Position numbers and translations under genes: made by a program
From: an uncultured Clostridia bacterium
Lineage (GTDB): Bacteria; Bacillota; Clostridia; UMGS1883
Reading direction: 5' to 3'
Length of the DNA stretch: 64,000 nt
Assembly (NCBI GenBank): GCA_947626145.1
Contig: CANQRB010000006.1
Coordinates: 11-64,010, forward strand
Notes under the pieces: generated by a model
Told to the model about the DNA's origin: nothing
Seen by the model: only the letters and a program-made list of their open reading frames with translations
Database searches by the model: none
Shown here: piece by piece, positions 1 to 8,931 of the stretch
Numbering within the stretch: the first letter of the stretch is position 1
Layout of the letters: each line of letters begins with the position of its first letter

Positions 1-68
1 TCATTTTACACAAAAATTGCTGTGTTGTCCACACCTATTTGTGTTGCACTTCATATGATAACATATCA

Positions 69-317
69 GGCTTCCCCTCGAGGGGAAGCTGTCGGCGAAG
101 CCGACTGATGAGGTGTAGCCGCTGTGCGGCGTCAGTGTAACCGCAAATTTATAACGGATGCTTCGCATCCTACACCTCATCCGGCACTTCGTGCCACCTT
201 CTCCTCAAGGAGAAGGCTTTGTCCTTGTCATTGTTAACTTAATGCGGTTCACCGTCAGACTATGTCTGTCCCCTCAAAGGGGAAGGTTTTATTAGACGCT
301 TTTTTAATTGGGATTAG
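69..317 (-). repeat. Mosaic multi-hairpin intergenic repeat, copy 1 (core inverted relative to copy at 53520-53759)
   Basis: Core 69-221 matches the reverse complement of 53547-53697 (~90% by eye). It has hairpins CTTCCCCT/AGGGGAAG, GTCGGC/GCCGAC, GATGC/GCATC and GGCAC/GTGCC, plus the long-range pair GATGAGGTGTAG/CTACACCTCATC. It ends with TTTTAATTGGGATTAG (302-317). Confidence 0.8.
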
Positions 318-336
318 TTTTAACAAAAATAAAAAT

Positions 337-368
337 CGCCTCATACTGTGATATGAGGTGATTTTTTT
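337..368 (+). terminator. Hairpin plus T-run abutting the amidase start codon; its 3' arm contains the amidase SD
   Basis: A 9-bp stem CGCCTCATA(337-345)/TATGAGGTG(352-360) is followed by ATTTTTTT and then ATG at 369. The SD GAGGTG (355-360) lies inside the 3' arm. Confidence 0.5.
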
Positions 369-1109
369 ATGCCGATTATTTATCTGAGCCCGTCGTCTCA
401 GGAGGGCAACGCCTATGTCAACGGCGGCAGCGAGGAGTATTACATGAACCTCATCGCCGACGCCATGGAGCCTTACCTCCAGTCCAGCGGCATACGCTAT
501 GTCCGAAACGACCGCAATCTGACCGCTCAGCAGTTCATCAATCAGTCCAACAGGGGAAATTACGATCTCCATGTAGCCATACATTCCAACGCCGCACCCG
601 ACGGAATGTACGGCAGCAAGCAGGGCATCGACGTCTATTACGCCCGAGGCAGCGCCAAGGGCCGCCGGGCGGCGGACATCTTCGCCCGCAACCTCCGGGA
701 TATTTATCCCCAGCCCTCGCTGGTGCGCACCGTCCAGACCACAACCATAGGCGAGGCCGTAAAAACACGGGCGCCGGCGGTGTTCATGGAGATAGGCTAC
801 CATGACAATACGTCGGACGCCAACTGGATAAAAAACAATATTCAAAACATCGCCAAAAACCTTGTTATTTCCATAACTCAGTATTTTGGCCTGCCCTTCA
901 TCGACGCCACTCCCGCCCGGAGCGGAGTTGTGCGCCTGACCTCCGGCAGCCTCAACCTCCGGTCAAAGCCGGATCTGGGTGCGGGCATCATCGCCCGCAT
1001 ACCCAACGGGGCACGGGTCACCGTCCTCGGCGAGTGGAAGGGCTGGTACGTGGTGCGCTACGGCGGACAGACGGGCTACTCCGACGGGCGGTATATCAAG
1101 CTTTCTTAA
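369..1109 (+). CDS. N-acetylmuramoyl-L-alanine amidase (Amidase_3-type) with C-terminal SH3-like domain
   Basis: 246-aa ORF. Catalytic-region motifs DLHVAIHSNAAP and FMEIGYHDN are present. The C-terminal tail GWYVVRYGGQTGY is SH3b-like. Confidence 0.85.
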   Translation: MPIIYLSPSSQEGNAYVNGGSEEYYMNLIADAMEPYLQSSGIRYVRNDRNLTAQQFINQSNRGNYDLHVAIHSNAAPDGMYGSKQGIDVYYARGSAKGRRAADIFARNLRDIYPQPSLVRTVQTTTIGEAVKTRAPAVFMEIGYHDNTSDANWIKNNIQNIAKNLVISITQYFGLPFIDATPARSGVVRLTSGSLNLRSKPDLGAGIIARIPNGARVTVLGEWKGWYVVRYGGQTGYSDGRYIKLS

Positions 1110-1121
1110 GGCAATACCGCA

Positions 1122-1850
1122 TCATTTTCCGACAAATCTGTCGATAAAATCCCTCACCCAGGGATCCCACTTCTCCCAGTCGTGTTCGCCGGATTCCTCG
1201 GTGTAGGTGTAATTCAGGCCCAGAGAACGGGCTTGATCCCGGAAGCGGTGATTTTCGTCAATGAGGAAGTCCTCGCTGCCGCAGTAGTGGTATATCCCGG
1301 GCGTGTCCGCCTTCCCCGCAGCCTCGGAGACCAGGTGAAAAATATCGTGCTCACTGTCCTCCAGCTCCATATCGCCGCATATAGCACGGGAAAGAAGGGG
1401 ATTTTCCCGTGCGATGCGGACAATGTCGCAGGCCGGCGAAAAGGCCCCGATGAGGCTAAACCTGTCAGGGTTGCGGAGACCTATTTTCAAGGCTCCGTAG
1501 CCCCCCATGGACAGTCCGGCCACCGCCGTTTCCTCCCGGGAGGGCTCCAGCCCGAGCTGATTTTTAAGAAATCGGGGCAGTTCCTTGACGATATATGAAT
1601 AATAGTGCTCCCCGGTGGTCATGTCCGTGTAAAAGCTCCGCCCGCCGTCGGGCATCACAACCGCCAGATTTTTACCGGCGGCGTAGCGAGCCACGGACGA
1701 CTGGTTGAGCCATGAGCCAAAGTGCTGCTGATAGCCGTGGAGGAGGTAAAGTACCTTCGTCCCGCCAAAGCGCACTTCGGGAAGTATGACGTTCAGGTTC
1801 GTGTCGTTGGACAGCATCACTGAACGGAAGGTGCATCTGAAAATTGCCAT
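1122..1850 (-). CDS. Esterase D / putative esterase family alpha/beta hydrolase
   Basis: 242-aa ORF with nucleophile elbow GLSMGGYGA and an LHGYQQ oxyanion region. Confidence 0.8.
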   Translation of the reverse strand: MAIFRCTFRSVMLSNDTNLNVILPEVRFGGTKVLYLLHGYQQHFGSWLNQSSVARYAAGKNLAVVMPDGGRSFYTDMTTGEHYYSYIVKELPRFLKNQLGLEPSREETAVAGLSMGGYGALKIGLRNPDRFSLIGAFSPACDIVRIARENPLLSRAICGDMELEDSEHDIFHLVSEAAGKADTPGIYHYCGSEDFLIDENHRFRDQARSLGLNYTYTEESGEHDWEKWDPWVRDFIDRFVGK

Positions 1851-1880
1851 TGTGACGGATATTCCTTTCTTCCGGACTGA

Positions 1881-2339
1881 TCAGCCCTTTTCGGTGAGAA
1901 GCTTGTTCACCTCGGCAATAAAGGTAGTGGCGTCGGTGAACTGGCGGTAGACCGAGGCAAAGCGCACATAGGCCACCTCGTCCACCTGACGGAGGGCGTC
2001 CATGACCTTCTCCCCTATCTCGCTGGAGGTGACCTCCCGCTCAAGGGTGTTCTGGAGCGAGGCCTCCACCTGATCAGCAATCAAATCGATCTGCTCCGAG
2101 GCCACGGGACGCTTTTCACAGGCTCTGGTCAGGCCGCGTATGAGCTTTTCCCTGTCGAAGAGCTCACGGGTCTTGTCCTTTTTTATTACCATTATTGGCA
2201 GAGTTTCCACTTTTTCATAGGTGGTGAACCTCTCCTCGCATCTGGTACACTCACGGCGGCGGCGGATAGCCTCGCCCTCGTCGGTGGGGCGGGAGTCTAT
2301 CACCTTACTGTCAGTGTGGCCGCAATACGGACAACGCAT
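1881..2339 (-). CDS. nrdR: Transcriptional repressor NrdR
   Basis: 152 aa. N-terminal zinc ribbon MRCPYCGH...CTRCEERF followed by an ATP-cone. Confidence 0.95.
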   Translation of the reverse strand: MRCPYCGHTDSKVIDSRPTDEGEAIRRRRECTRCEERFTTYEKVETLPIMVIKKDKTRELFDREKLIRGLTRACEKRPVASEQIDLIADQVEASLQNTLEREVTSSEIGEKVMDALRQVDEVAYVRFASVYRQFTDATTFIAEVNKLLTEKG

Positions 2340-2360
2340 TCTTTATCCCTCCATTTCCAA

Positions 2361-2807
2361 TTATTCCTGCCGCTGTTCAAGCTCGGTTATCTTGTCTATG
2401 CGCCTTTGGTGCCGTCCCCCCATGAACTCGGCGTCCATGTAGGCGTCAACTATCTCCTTCGCCAGCTCCGGCGAGGTAGTGCGTCCGCCCAAGGCAATGG
2501 CGTTGGCGTTGTTGTGCTGCTTTACCAGCCGGGCCACCTGAACCGAGGGACACACTCCACAGCGGATGCCGTCAATTTTGTTGGCCGCGATGGAAATTCC
2601 CACGCCTGTGCCGCAGCAGAGCACGGCGAAATCCGCCTCTCCGCTAAGACATTTTGCACAGCCCTTTTCTGCGAAGTCCGGATAATCCACGCTCTCCTCA
2701 CTGTCGGTGCCGCAGTCAATGACGTTGTGGCCCTTGCCCTCCAGATAGGGTATCAGCTCCTGCTTCAGGCTATATCCGCCGTGATCGGCGGCGATGGCTA
2801 TATTCAT
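2361..2807 (-). CDS. rpiB: Ribose-5-phosphate isomerase B (RpiB/LacAB family)
   Basis: 148 aa with IAIAADHGG and CGTGVGISIAANK motifs. Confidence 0.9.
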   Translation of the reverse strand: MNIAIAADHGGYSLKQELIPYLEGKGHNVIDCGTDSEESVDYPDFAEKGCAKCLSGEADFAVLCCGTGVGISIAANKIDGIRCGVCPSVQVARLVKQHNNANAIALGGRTTSPELAKEIVDAYMDAEFMGGRHQRRIDKITELEQRQE

Positions 2808-3505
2808 ATATTTTCAGTCCTTTCGGATTTAAGTTTTTCTTCCCTCTCACGCTCGGCCTGAGGTTTTCTCAGGTAAATAACGCTGAGCTCCTCCGGCGGA
2901 ACAGGAGTTTCGTCCAAGGCGGCGGCACAGACCGAGGCCGCGCTCTGGAGCCGCAGCTGAGGCGGAGCGAACTCCGCCATATCCCCCATAAGGCCGCGAA
3001 TTTTGTCCTCATAGGGCGCCACGCCGTCCCCCACAAAAACCGTTTTTTCGTTGAGACCGGCACAGAGCGCATCAACGTCCATGGCGGCGGGGTAGGACAC
3101 CGTAACTATTCTGCCGCCGTCATAGCGGCAGGCCGCCGTATAAACCTGATTTCGCCGGGCGTCCATTATGGGCACTATGAGCCGGTCGGTCGGAGCGATA
3201 TTGTGCGCCAGCGCCTTGAGGGTGGAAACTCCGGCGCAGCTCTTTCCGCAGGCGTAGGCCAGTCCCTTAACCGTCCCAACGCCGATGCGCAGGCCGGTAA
3301 AAGAGCCGGGGCCGCTGCTGACGGCGAAAAGATCAATGTCGGCGGCGGCGAGGCCCGCTCCCCTCAGCAAATAGTCCACCATGGGCATGAGCGTCTGCGA
3401 GTGAGTCAGGCCGTTGGTAAAGCTGACCTGTCCGACGATCACCCCGTCACGCATCACCGCCGCCGAGGCGGTGACCGCAGAGGTGTCAAGGGCTAAAATG
3501 TTCAT
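2804..3505 (-). CDS. tsaB: tRNA t6A biosynthesis protein TsaB (YeaZ)
   Basis: Start moved to ATG 3505 (MNILALDTS, 233 aa), which gives an ATGA overlap with the tsaE stop. SGPGSFTGLRIG motif present. The long track ORF start at 3823 overlaps tsaE. Confidence 0.85.
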   Translation of the reverse strand: MNILALDTSAVTASAAVMRDGVIVGQVSFTNGLTHSQTLMPMVDYLLRGAGLAAADIDLFAVSSGPGSFTGLRIGVGTVKGLAYACGKSCAGVSTLKALAHNIAPTDRLIVPIMDARRNQVYTAACRYDGGRIVTVSYPAAMDVDALCAGLNEKTVFVGDGVAPYEDKIRGLMGDMAEFAPPQLRLQSAASVCAAALDETPVPPEELSVIYLRKPQAEREREEKLKSERTENI

Positions 3506-3912
3506 TCGCTCACCTCGATTATGCGCTCGTTGTCGCCGGAGCCACGGGTTATGGTCACCGTTATCCGATCCGGCGGCATAAATTCCATAAATTCGTCCGG
3601 CCACTCGATCAGGGAAATACCGTTCTCTATCTCCTCCTCGAAGCCTATGTCCAGCAGTTCGTCCATGTCCGACAGCCGGTACAGATCGTAGTGCCTGAGG
3701 CTCTGGCTGCCGTCGTAGCGGTGCATGAGCGTGAAGGTGGGCGAGGAAACTCCCCTCTCTATGCCGCAGGCACGGGCAAAGCCCCGCACAAAAGCGGTCT
3801 TGCCAGCCCCGAGCCCGCCGCAAAGGCAGACAACCTTCGGCGGCGTTATCTTCGCCGCCAGCTCACCGGCAAATTTTTCGGTGTCCTCCACGCTGTGAGA
3901 AATATACTTCAA
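3502..3912 (-). CDS. tsaE: tRNA t6A biosynthesis ATPase TsaE (YjeE)
   Basis: 136 aa with P-loop GGLGAGKT, translationally coupled to tsaB. Confidence 0.9.
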   Translation of the reverse strand: MKYISHSVEDTEKFAGELAAKITPPKVVCLCGGLGAGKTAFVRGFARACGIERGVSSPTFTLMHRYDGSQSLRHYDLYRLSDMDELLDIGFEEEIENGISLIEWPDEFMEFMPPDRITVTITRGSGDNERIIEVSE

Positions 3913-3928
3913 AGTAAAAACTTCCTTA

Positions 3929-5599
3929 TCAGAATAGTCCGGTAATTACCCCGTCCTCGCTTATGTCGATCTTCTCGGCGGCAGGCACCTTCGGCAGACC
4001 GGGCATCACCATGATGTCGCCGGTGTAGAGCACAACGAAGCCCGCGCCGGCGCTGATGCGGGCGTCACGGACGGTTATGCGGAAGCCTTGGGGCCGGCAC
4101 AGCAGAGCCGGATTGTCGGACAGAGAGTATTGGGTCTTAGCCATGCAGACGGGAAGTCCTCCGTAGCCAAGGGACTCAAACTCGGCAATGGCCTTCGAGG
4201 CCGCCGGCAGGAAGTCCACTCCGTCGGCGCCGTAGATCTCTTTGGCCACGGTCTCCGCCTTCTGCTTTATGCTCAGCTCCAAACCGTATATGGGCTTGAA
4301 ATGGCTCTCCTTGGTTTCAAGGGTTTCAAGAACCTTCCTTGCGAGAGCCTCGCCGCCCTCGCCGCCCTTGGCGAACACCTCGGACAGGGCGAACTCGGCC
4401 CCCAGTGCACGGCAGCGTTCCTCCACAGCCGCAAGCTCCTCCTCGGTGTCGGAGGGGAAGCGGTTGATGGCAACAACACAGGGAACGCCGTATTTGGCGA
4501 CGTTTTCAATATGCTTTTCAAGGTTTGGCAGGCCCCGCTTAAGAGCCTCCACGTCGGGCTCGGAGACCTTGGTCTTGTCCACCCCGCCGTTGTACTTAAG
4601 GGCGCGGCAGGTGGCCACCAGCACCACGGCGTCCGGCTTCAGTCCGGCGGCGCGGCACTTTATGTCGAAGAACTTCTCCGCCCCAAGGTCGGCGCCAAAG
4701 CCGGCCTCGGTCACTACATAATCACCCAGCTTCAAGGCCAGCTGTGTGGCCCGGACACTGTTGCAGCCGTGAGCGATGTTGGCGAAGGGGCCGCCGTGCA
4801 TTATACAGGGAGTGTTTTCCAGGGTCTGTACCAGATTGGGCTTGATGGCGTCCTTAAGCAGCAGGGCCATGGCACCCTGGGCCTTAAGGTCGGAGGCCCG
4901 CACGGGCTCGCCGTCCAGATTATATCCCACGATTATGCGGCCCAGCCGCTCCTTAAGGTCGGTGAGGTCGGCCGCGAGGCAGAGGATGGCCATTATTTCC
5001 GACGCAACGGTTATCATAAAGCCGTCCTGACGGGGGAAGCCGTTGACCTTGCCGCCCAGACCCACGATTATCTCACGCAGGGCACGGTCGTTCATATCCA
5101 GCACCCGCTTGTAGGTGACGCGGCGGACATCTATGCGAAGGCTGTTGCCCTGATGGATGTGGTTGTCCAGCATGGCGGCAAGCAGGTTATGAGCCGCGGT
5201 GATGGCGTGCATATCGCCGGTGAAGTGCAGGTTGATGTCCTCCATGGGCAGCACCTGCGCGTATCCGCCGCCGGCGGCGCCGCCCTTGATGCCCATTACC
5301 GGGCCCAGCGAGGGCTCGCGCAGGGCTATGACGGCATTTTTGCCCAGGCGGCACAGCGCCTGACCCAGTCCGACGGTGGTAGTGGTCTTGCCCTCACCAG
5401 CGGGGGTGGGGTTGATGGCGGTAGTGAGGATCAGCTTTCCGTCGGGCCGATCCTTCAGCCTTGCGGCCAGCTCATCGGAGAGCTTGGCCTTATATTTGCC
5501 GTAAAATTCCAGCTCGTCCTCGGTAATGCCAATCTTTTCGGCAACCTTGGCGATGTGCAGAGGTGTGGCTCTCTGGGCGATTTCGATGTCGGTCAACAT
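3929..5599 (-). CDS. fhs: Formate--tetrahydrofolate ligase
   Basis: 556 aa from ATG 5599, with a GGAGG SD 7 nt upstream. [12 protein letters not shown] motif and full-length FTHFS-like sequence. Confidence 0.95.
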   Translation of the reverse strand: MLTDIEIAQRATPLHIAKVAEKIGITEDELEFYGKYKAKLSDELAARLKDRPDGKLILTTAINPTPAGEGKTTTTVGLGQALCRLGKNAVIALREPSLGPVMGIKGGAAGGGYAQVLPMEDINLHFTGDMHAITAAHNLLAAMLDNHIHQGNSLRIDVRRVTYKRVLDMNDRALREIIVGLGGKVNGFPRQDGFMITVASEIMAILCLAADLTDLKERLGRIIVGYNLDGEPVRASDLKAQGAMALLLKDAIKPNLVQTLENTPCIMHGGPFANIAHGCNSVRATQLALKLGDYVVTEAGFGADLGAEKFFDIKCRAAGLKPDAVVLVATCRALKYNGGVDKTKVSEPDVEALKRGLPNLEKHIENVAKYGVPCVVAINRFPSDTEEELAAVEERCRALGAEFALSEVFAKGGEGGEALARKVLETLETKESHFKPIYGLELSIKQKAETVAKEIYGADGVDFLPAASKAIAEFESLGYGGLPVCMAKTQYSLSDNPALLCRPQGFRITVRDARISAGAGFVVLYTGDIMVMPGLPKVPAAEKIDISEDGVITGLF

Positions 5600-5752
5600 A
5601 CTGTTACCTCCGTTTGTAAAAATTTTCAATTTTATTTTAACATAAAACAGCGCCTGTGTCCATAGTTAATTTCACAATTTTTTATGAGTCGGCGGACCCT
5701 TCCTTGTATGGCGCAAACCCCGTCTTTCGGTCAGGCTTTTATTTCCAAAATT

Positions 5753-5781
5753 ATTTTACCACATATTTTGTAGATATTCAA
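5753..5781 (-). promoter_or_regulatory. Putative sigma-A promoter for fhs
   Basis: Minus strand reads TTGAAT, 17-bp spacer, TGgTAAAAT (extended -10). It lies ~150 nt upstream of the fhs ATG. Confidence 0.5.
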
Positions 5782-5799
5782 GAACTTTTCATCAATATC

Positions 5800-5840
5800 T
5801 TGAAAAATCTATTGAAAAATCTAAAATAAGGTGATATAAT
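5800..5840 (+). promoter_or_regulatory. Putative promoter of the two-component operon with tandem 11-mer direct repeat
   Basis: TTGAAAAATCT occurs at 5800-5810 and 5812-5822. The second copy supplies the -35 TTGAAA, followed by a 17-bp spacer and TATAAT at 5835-5840. Confidence 0.55.
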
Positions 5841-5883
5841 ATTATTGATAATTTACGCACAAACTGGAAAGGACGGTAATCTG

Positions 5884-6561
5884 ATGAAAATTCTGATCGT
5901 TGACGACGAAAAGCTGCTTGTGAAGGGTATAAAATTCAACCTGGAGCAGGACGGCTATGAAATAGAGACCGCCTATGACGGAGAGGAAGCCCTTAAGCTG
6001 GCAAGGGACAAGAGCCTTTCCCTGATGATACTCGACCTTATGCTGCCAAAAATCGACGGCCTCACCGTCTGCCAGAAGGTGAGGGAGTTCTCCAACGTGC
6101 CCATAATCATGCTCACGGCCAAGGCCGAGGATATGGACAAGATACTCGGACTGGAGTACGGGGCCGACGACTATCTGACGAAGCCCTTCAACATTCTTGA
6201 GCTAAAGGCCCGCATCAAGGCCATAATCCGCCGCAGCTCCGCCGCCGGTACGGAAAAGACCACCGTTCGGGCCGGGGACGTGGAGCTGGACTACAACCTG
6301 CGCCGCATACGCATAGGCGACAGGAGCATGGAGCTCACCAGCAAGGAGTTCGACCTCTGCGAGCTCTTTGTTTCAAACCCCGGCAAGGTTTACAGCCGGG
6401 AAAATCTGCTGGACATAATCTGGGGCTATGACTACCCCGGCGACATCCGCACCGTGGATGTCCACGTCCGCCGGCTGAGGGAAAAAATCGAACCCAACGC
6501 CGCCTCGCCCCGGTATATCCTGACCAAATGGGGGGTAGGTTACTATTTTAAAGAAAATTAA
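5884..6561 (+). CDS. OmpR/PhoB-family response regulator
   Basis: 225 aa from ATG 5884 (MKILIVDDE). REC domain plus winged-helix domain (TVDVHVRRLREKIE, YILTKWGVGY). Confidence 0.9.
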   Translation: MKILIVDDEKLLVKGIKFNLEQDGYEIETAYDGEEALKLARDKSLSLMILDLMLPKIDGLTVCQKVREFSNVPIIMLTAKAEDMDKILGLEYGADDYLTKPFNILELKARIKAIIRRSSAAGTEKTTVRAGDVELDYNLRRIRIGDRSMELTSKEFDLCELFVSNPGKVYSRENLLDIIWGYDYPGDIRTVDVHVRRLREKIEPNAASPRYILTKWGVGYYFKEN

Positions 6562-6625
6562 AGAAATATTCGCCAGCATACGCTGGAAGCTGGTCGTCAC
6601 ATACTTCCTCCTCATAGCCCTGACC

Positions 6626-7969
6626 ATGGTGTTCATCACCGTTTACATCACCAACTCCATGCGTAGCTACACCCTGAACCAGAAGGAGGTTCAGGTGCTG
6701 AGCCAGGCCAACGTAATCTCGGGCTATATCGCCCAGTACCAGGATCTGAGCGAGTCCAGCATCAACTTTCTCCTCCAGCAGCAGCAGCTGGGCAGCGGAG
6801 GCCGTGTGCTCATGCTGGATCTTGACGCCGTGGTGACCTTCGATTCCAACAACGGCATCATGCAGGGGCGGTTCATGCCCTCGCCCATGGTGCTCAACGC
6901 CATACGCGGCAACAACACCACCGAGGAGGGCGAGGACGCCACGGGCGAGCTGATCATCAACGCCGCCGTACCCATCACCAAGGATCGGAATGTGGTGGGC
7001 GTGATCTACTATCAGGCCTCCGGAGCGGAAATATCCGAATACATGGACAAGATACGCGGCATAATGGGTATGCTGACCGTCCTTGTCAGCATCCTCGTGG
7101 GCGTGGTGGGCTTCATCATGGCGGGCATAATCAGCGAGCCCGTCCGCAGCCTGACCCGCCGGCTGGAGGAAACCTCGGAGGAAAGTCCCGACGCCGTCCT
7201 TGAGATAAACGCCGGCGGCGAAATAGGCACTCTGGTGAACAGCTTCAACAAACTGACGGCCAAGATACGCTCGCAGGAGGAAAGGCGGCAGGAATTTGTG
7301 TCCAACGCCTCTCATGAGCTGAAAACGCCGCTCAGCTCCATAAAGCTCATCGCCGACTCCCTGCTCAACGCCCCCAACGCCGACAGGGCCACCGTGGAGG
7401 AATTTCTGACGGACATGAACGTTCAGGTGGATAGGCTCACAAGGATCGTCAACAAGCTCCTGACCCTGACCAAAATGGACAGCAGCGCCAACGTGGCGAG
7501 GATGGAGTTCGCCGTACTGAACCTCAGTGAGATATGCGCAAACGTGGTCAAGGCCCTGCGTCCTCTGGCGGAGCAGAAGAACATAAATCTTGACTTTTTC
7601 GCCGACGGCGCCATCTATTCAAGGGTGGAGCGCGACAGGATATGGGAGGCCATATACAACATTCTGGACAACAGCATCAAGTACACTCCCGCCGGGGGCA
7701 AGGTCTCGATGGACGTGTCCAAGGAGGAGGGCAACGCCATTATCACCGTGGAGGACACGGGCATAGGCATCGCGCCCAACGAGCTTTACAAAATTTTTGA
7801 CCGCTTCTACCGGGTAGACAAGGCCCGGGCCCGGGAGACCGGCGGCACCGGTCTGGGTCTGTCCATCGCTCTCACTGCCGTGGAGCTCCACGGCGGCAAC
7901 ATACAGGTCGAGAGCGAGGAAGGCAAAGGGAGCAAATTTATCATAATCATACCGATAACGTTTAAATAA
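6626..7969 (+). CDS. Sensor histidine kinase (membrane, HAMP + HisKA + HATPase_c)
   Basis: H-box SHELKTPLSS, N box DNSIKYTP, G boxes DTGIGI and GGTGLGLSI. The first canonical start is ATG 6626, but the first TM helix seems to extend upstream (see finding). Confidence 0.85.
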   Translation: MVFITVYITNSMRSYTLNQKEVQVLSQANVISGYIAQYQDLSESSINFLLQQQQLGSGGRVLMLDLDAVVTFDSNNGIMQGRFMPSPMVLNAIRGNNTTEEGEDATGELIINAAVPITKDRNVVGVIYYQASGAEISEYMDKIRGIMGMLTVLVSILVGVVGFIMAGIISEPVRSLTRRLEETSEESPDAVLEINAGGEIGTLVNSFNKLTAKIRSQEERRQEFVSNASHELKTPLSSIKLIADSLLNAPNADRATVEEFLTDMNVQVDRLTRIVNKLLTLTKMDSSANVARMEFAVLNLSEICANVVKALRPLAEQKNINLDFFADGAIYSRVERDRIWEAIYNILDNSIKYTPAGGKVSMDVSKEEGNAIITVEDTGIGIAPNELYKIFDRFYRVDKARARETGGTGLGLSIALTAVELHGGNIQVESEEGKGSKFIIIIPITFK

Positions 7970-7970
7970 A

Positions 7971-8001
7971 GAGGAATGAGGAATAATGAGGAATAAATTC
8001 C
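7971..8001 (+). repeat. Short GAGGAAT heptamer array overlapping the GerM lipoprotein start
   Basis: The sequence reads GAGGAAT GAGGAAT AAT GAGGAAT AAATTCC. The same heptamer family recurs at 10838, 33601, 34037 and 34215. Confidence 0.6.
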
Positions 8002-8900
8002 GGGCCGCGGCGGCCGTGCTTCTCGCCCTTATTGCGCTGGCGGGCTGCGGCAAAAAGTCGCAGGTTTTCAGCGTGTACTACAAAAACGCCGACGGAGACT
8101 CCCTCGTCATGGAGGAGCACAAGACCTCCGACCTGCCAGGCGACCGGGACAAAACGGTGGAATACCTCATCGGCGAGCTGTCCAAAAGTCCCAGAACCGA
8201 GGGCCTTATAAACGTGCTGCCCGACGGCACAAGGCTGCTTGGGGTATCGTTTCTGGGACGGACAGCAACGGTCAATCTGTCAAAGGAGTACTACCAGAAT
8301 ACCGATGTGGACGAGCTGCTGGCGCGCTACGCCATAGTCAGCACCCTCGGCGAAATAGACGGCGTGGACAACGTTTCCATACTCATCGAGGGCGAGCCGC
8401 TGGTATCCGCCACCTCCGGAGCCGAGGTCGGCCGCATAAGCAAGACCGATGTTGTTTACAGTCCTCTTGATAAGGTACAGGACGCCGTCGATACTCTCAG
8501 GCTCTACTTTCCCGACACGGACGGCCAGTATCTGGTGCCCGAGGAGCGGGAGATAGAAATGCAAAGCTCACTGTCCACCGAAAGGCTCATACTGTCCGAG
8601 CTGATGAAGGGCCCCGACAGCAAAAACCTGACTCAGGCGGTGCCCGCCGACATCAAGGTCATCAGCGCCGAGACCAAGGACGGCGTCTGCTTTGTGAACA
8701 TGTCCGGCGACGTAGTGGAAAAGATCTCGCCCGGTACCACCTCCACAACGCTTTTCCTGTACAGCATAGTCAATTCCCTGACCGAGCTGGAGACCATCGA
8801 CAGTGTGCAGCTGCTCATCGACGGCAAGACCGGCGTCGAGTTCGGCAATTATGTGCTGGACGCGCCGCTGGAAAAGAACAGCACGCTTATCAAGGAATAA
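7986..8900 (+). CDS. GerM domain-containing lipoprotein
   Basis: 304 aa with lipobox LIALAGC. The two-repeat architecture resembles GerM (sporulation/germination) domains. It starts 17 nt after the kinase gene. Confidence 0.7.
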   Translation: MRNKFRAAAAVLLALIALAGCGKKSQVFSVYYKNADGDSLVMEEHKTSDLPGDRDKTVEYLIGELSKSPRTEGLINVLPDGTRLLGVSFLGRTATVNLSKEYYQNTDVDELLARYAIVSTLGEIDGVDNVSILIEGEPLVSATSGAEVGRISKTDVVYSPLDKVQDAVDTLRLYFPDTDGQYLVPEEREIEMQSSLSTERLILSELMKGPDSKNLTQAVPADIKVISAETKDGVCFVNMSGDVVEKISPGTTSTTLFLYSIVNSLTELETIDSVQLLIDGKTGVEFGNYVLDAPLEKNSTLIKE

Positions 8901-8931
8901 TACCGAAATTGATTTTTTAAGGAACAGAAAT

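Noticed and set aside
2804-3823. Over-long ORF-track starts: tsaB at 3823, fhs at 5629, ABC-F at 8803, rpmC at 27200, rplP at 27576, murA at 40804, PBP at 48111, rsmH at 49864, copA at 50409, glnS at 59208 and the AAA ATPase at 62144.
   Set aside because: The extensions overlap upstream genes or promoters, lack an SD, and are not part of the conserved protein. In every case an internal ATG with a good SD matches the family N-terminus.
4088-5665. Very long antisense ORFs opposite real genes. Examples are 4088-5665, 9022-10656, 11931-13439, 17776-19038, 21106-22347, 28693-29961, 40923-42131, 42688-44316, 45745-47421, 56181-57350, 57490-58827 and 60816-61892.
   Set aside because: Each lies opposite a gene with an unmistakable conserved product. 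Their translations are low-complexity (rich in G, A, R, H, V and L) with no recognisable motifs. Long open antisense frames are expected in GC-rich coding DNA because stop codons are depleted.
5600-5752. Possible ZTP (pfl) or THF riboswitch in the ~150-nt fhs leader.
   Set aside because: fhs is a classic ZTP-riboswitch target. However, I could not find the conserved GGGTCGTG...CCGCCTGGGC-type cores or the THF consensus. Only weak hairpins are present. A cmscan would be needed to settle this.
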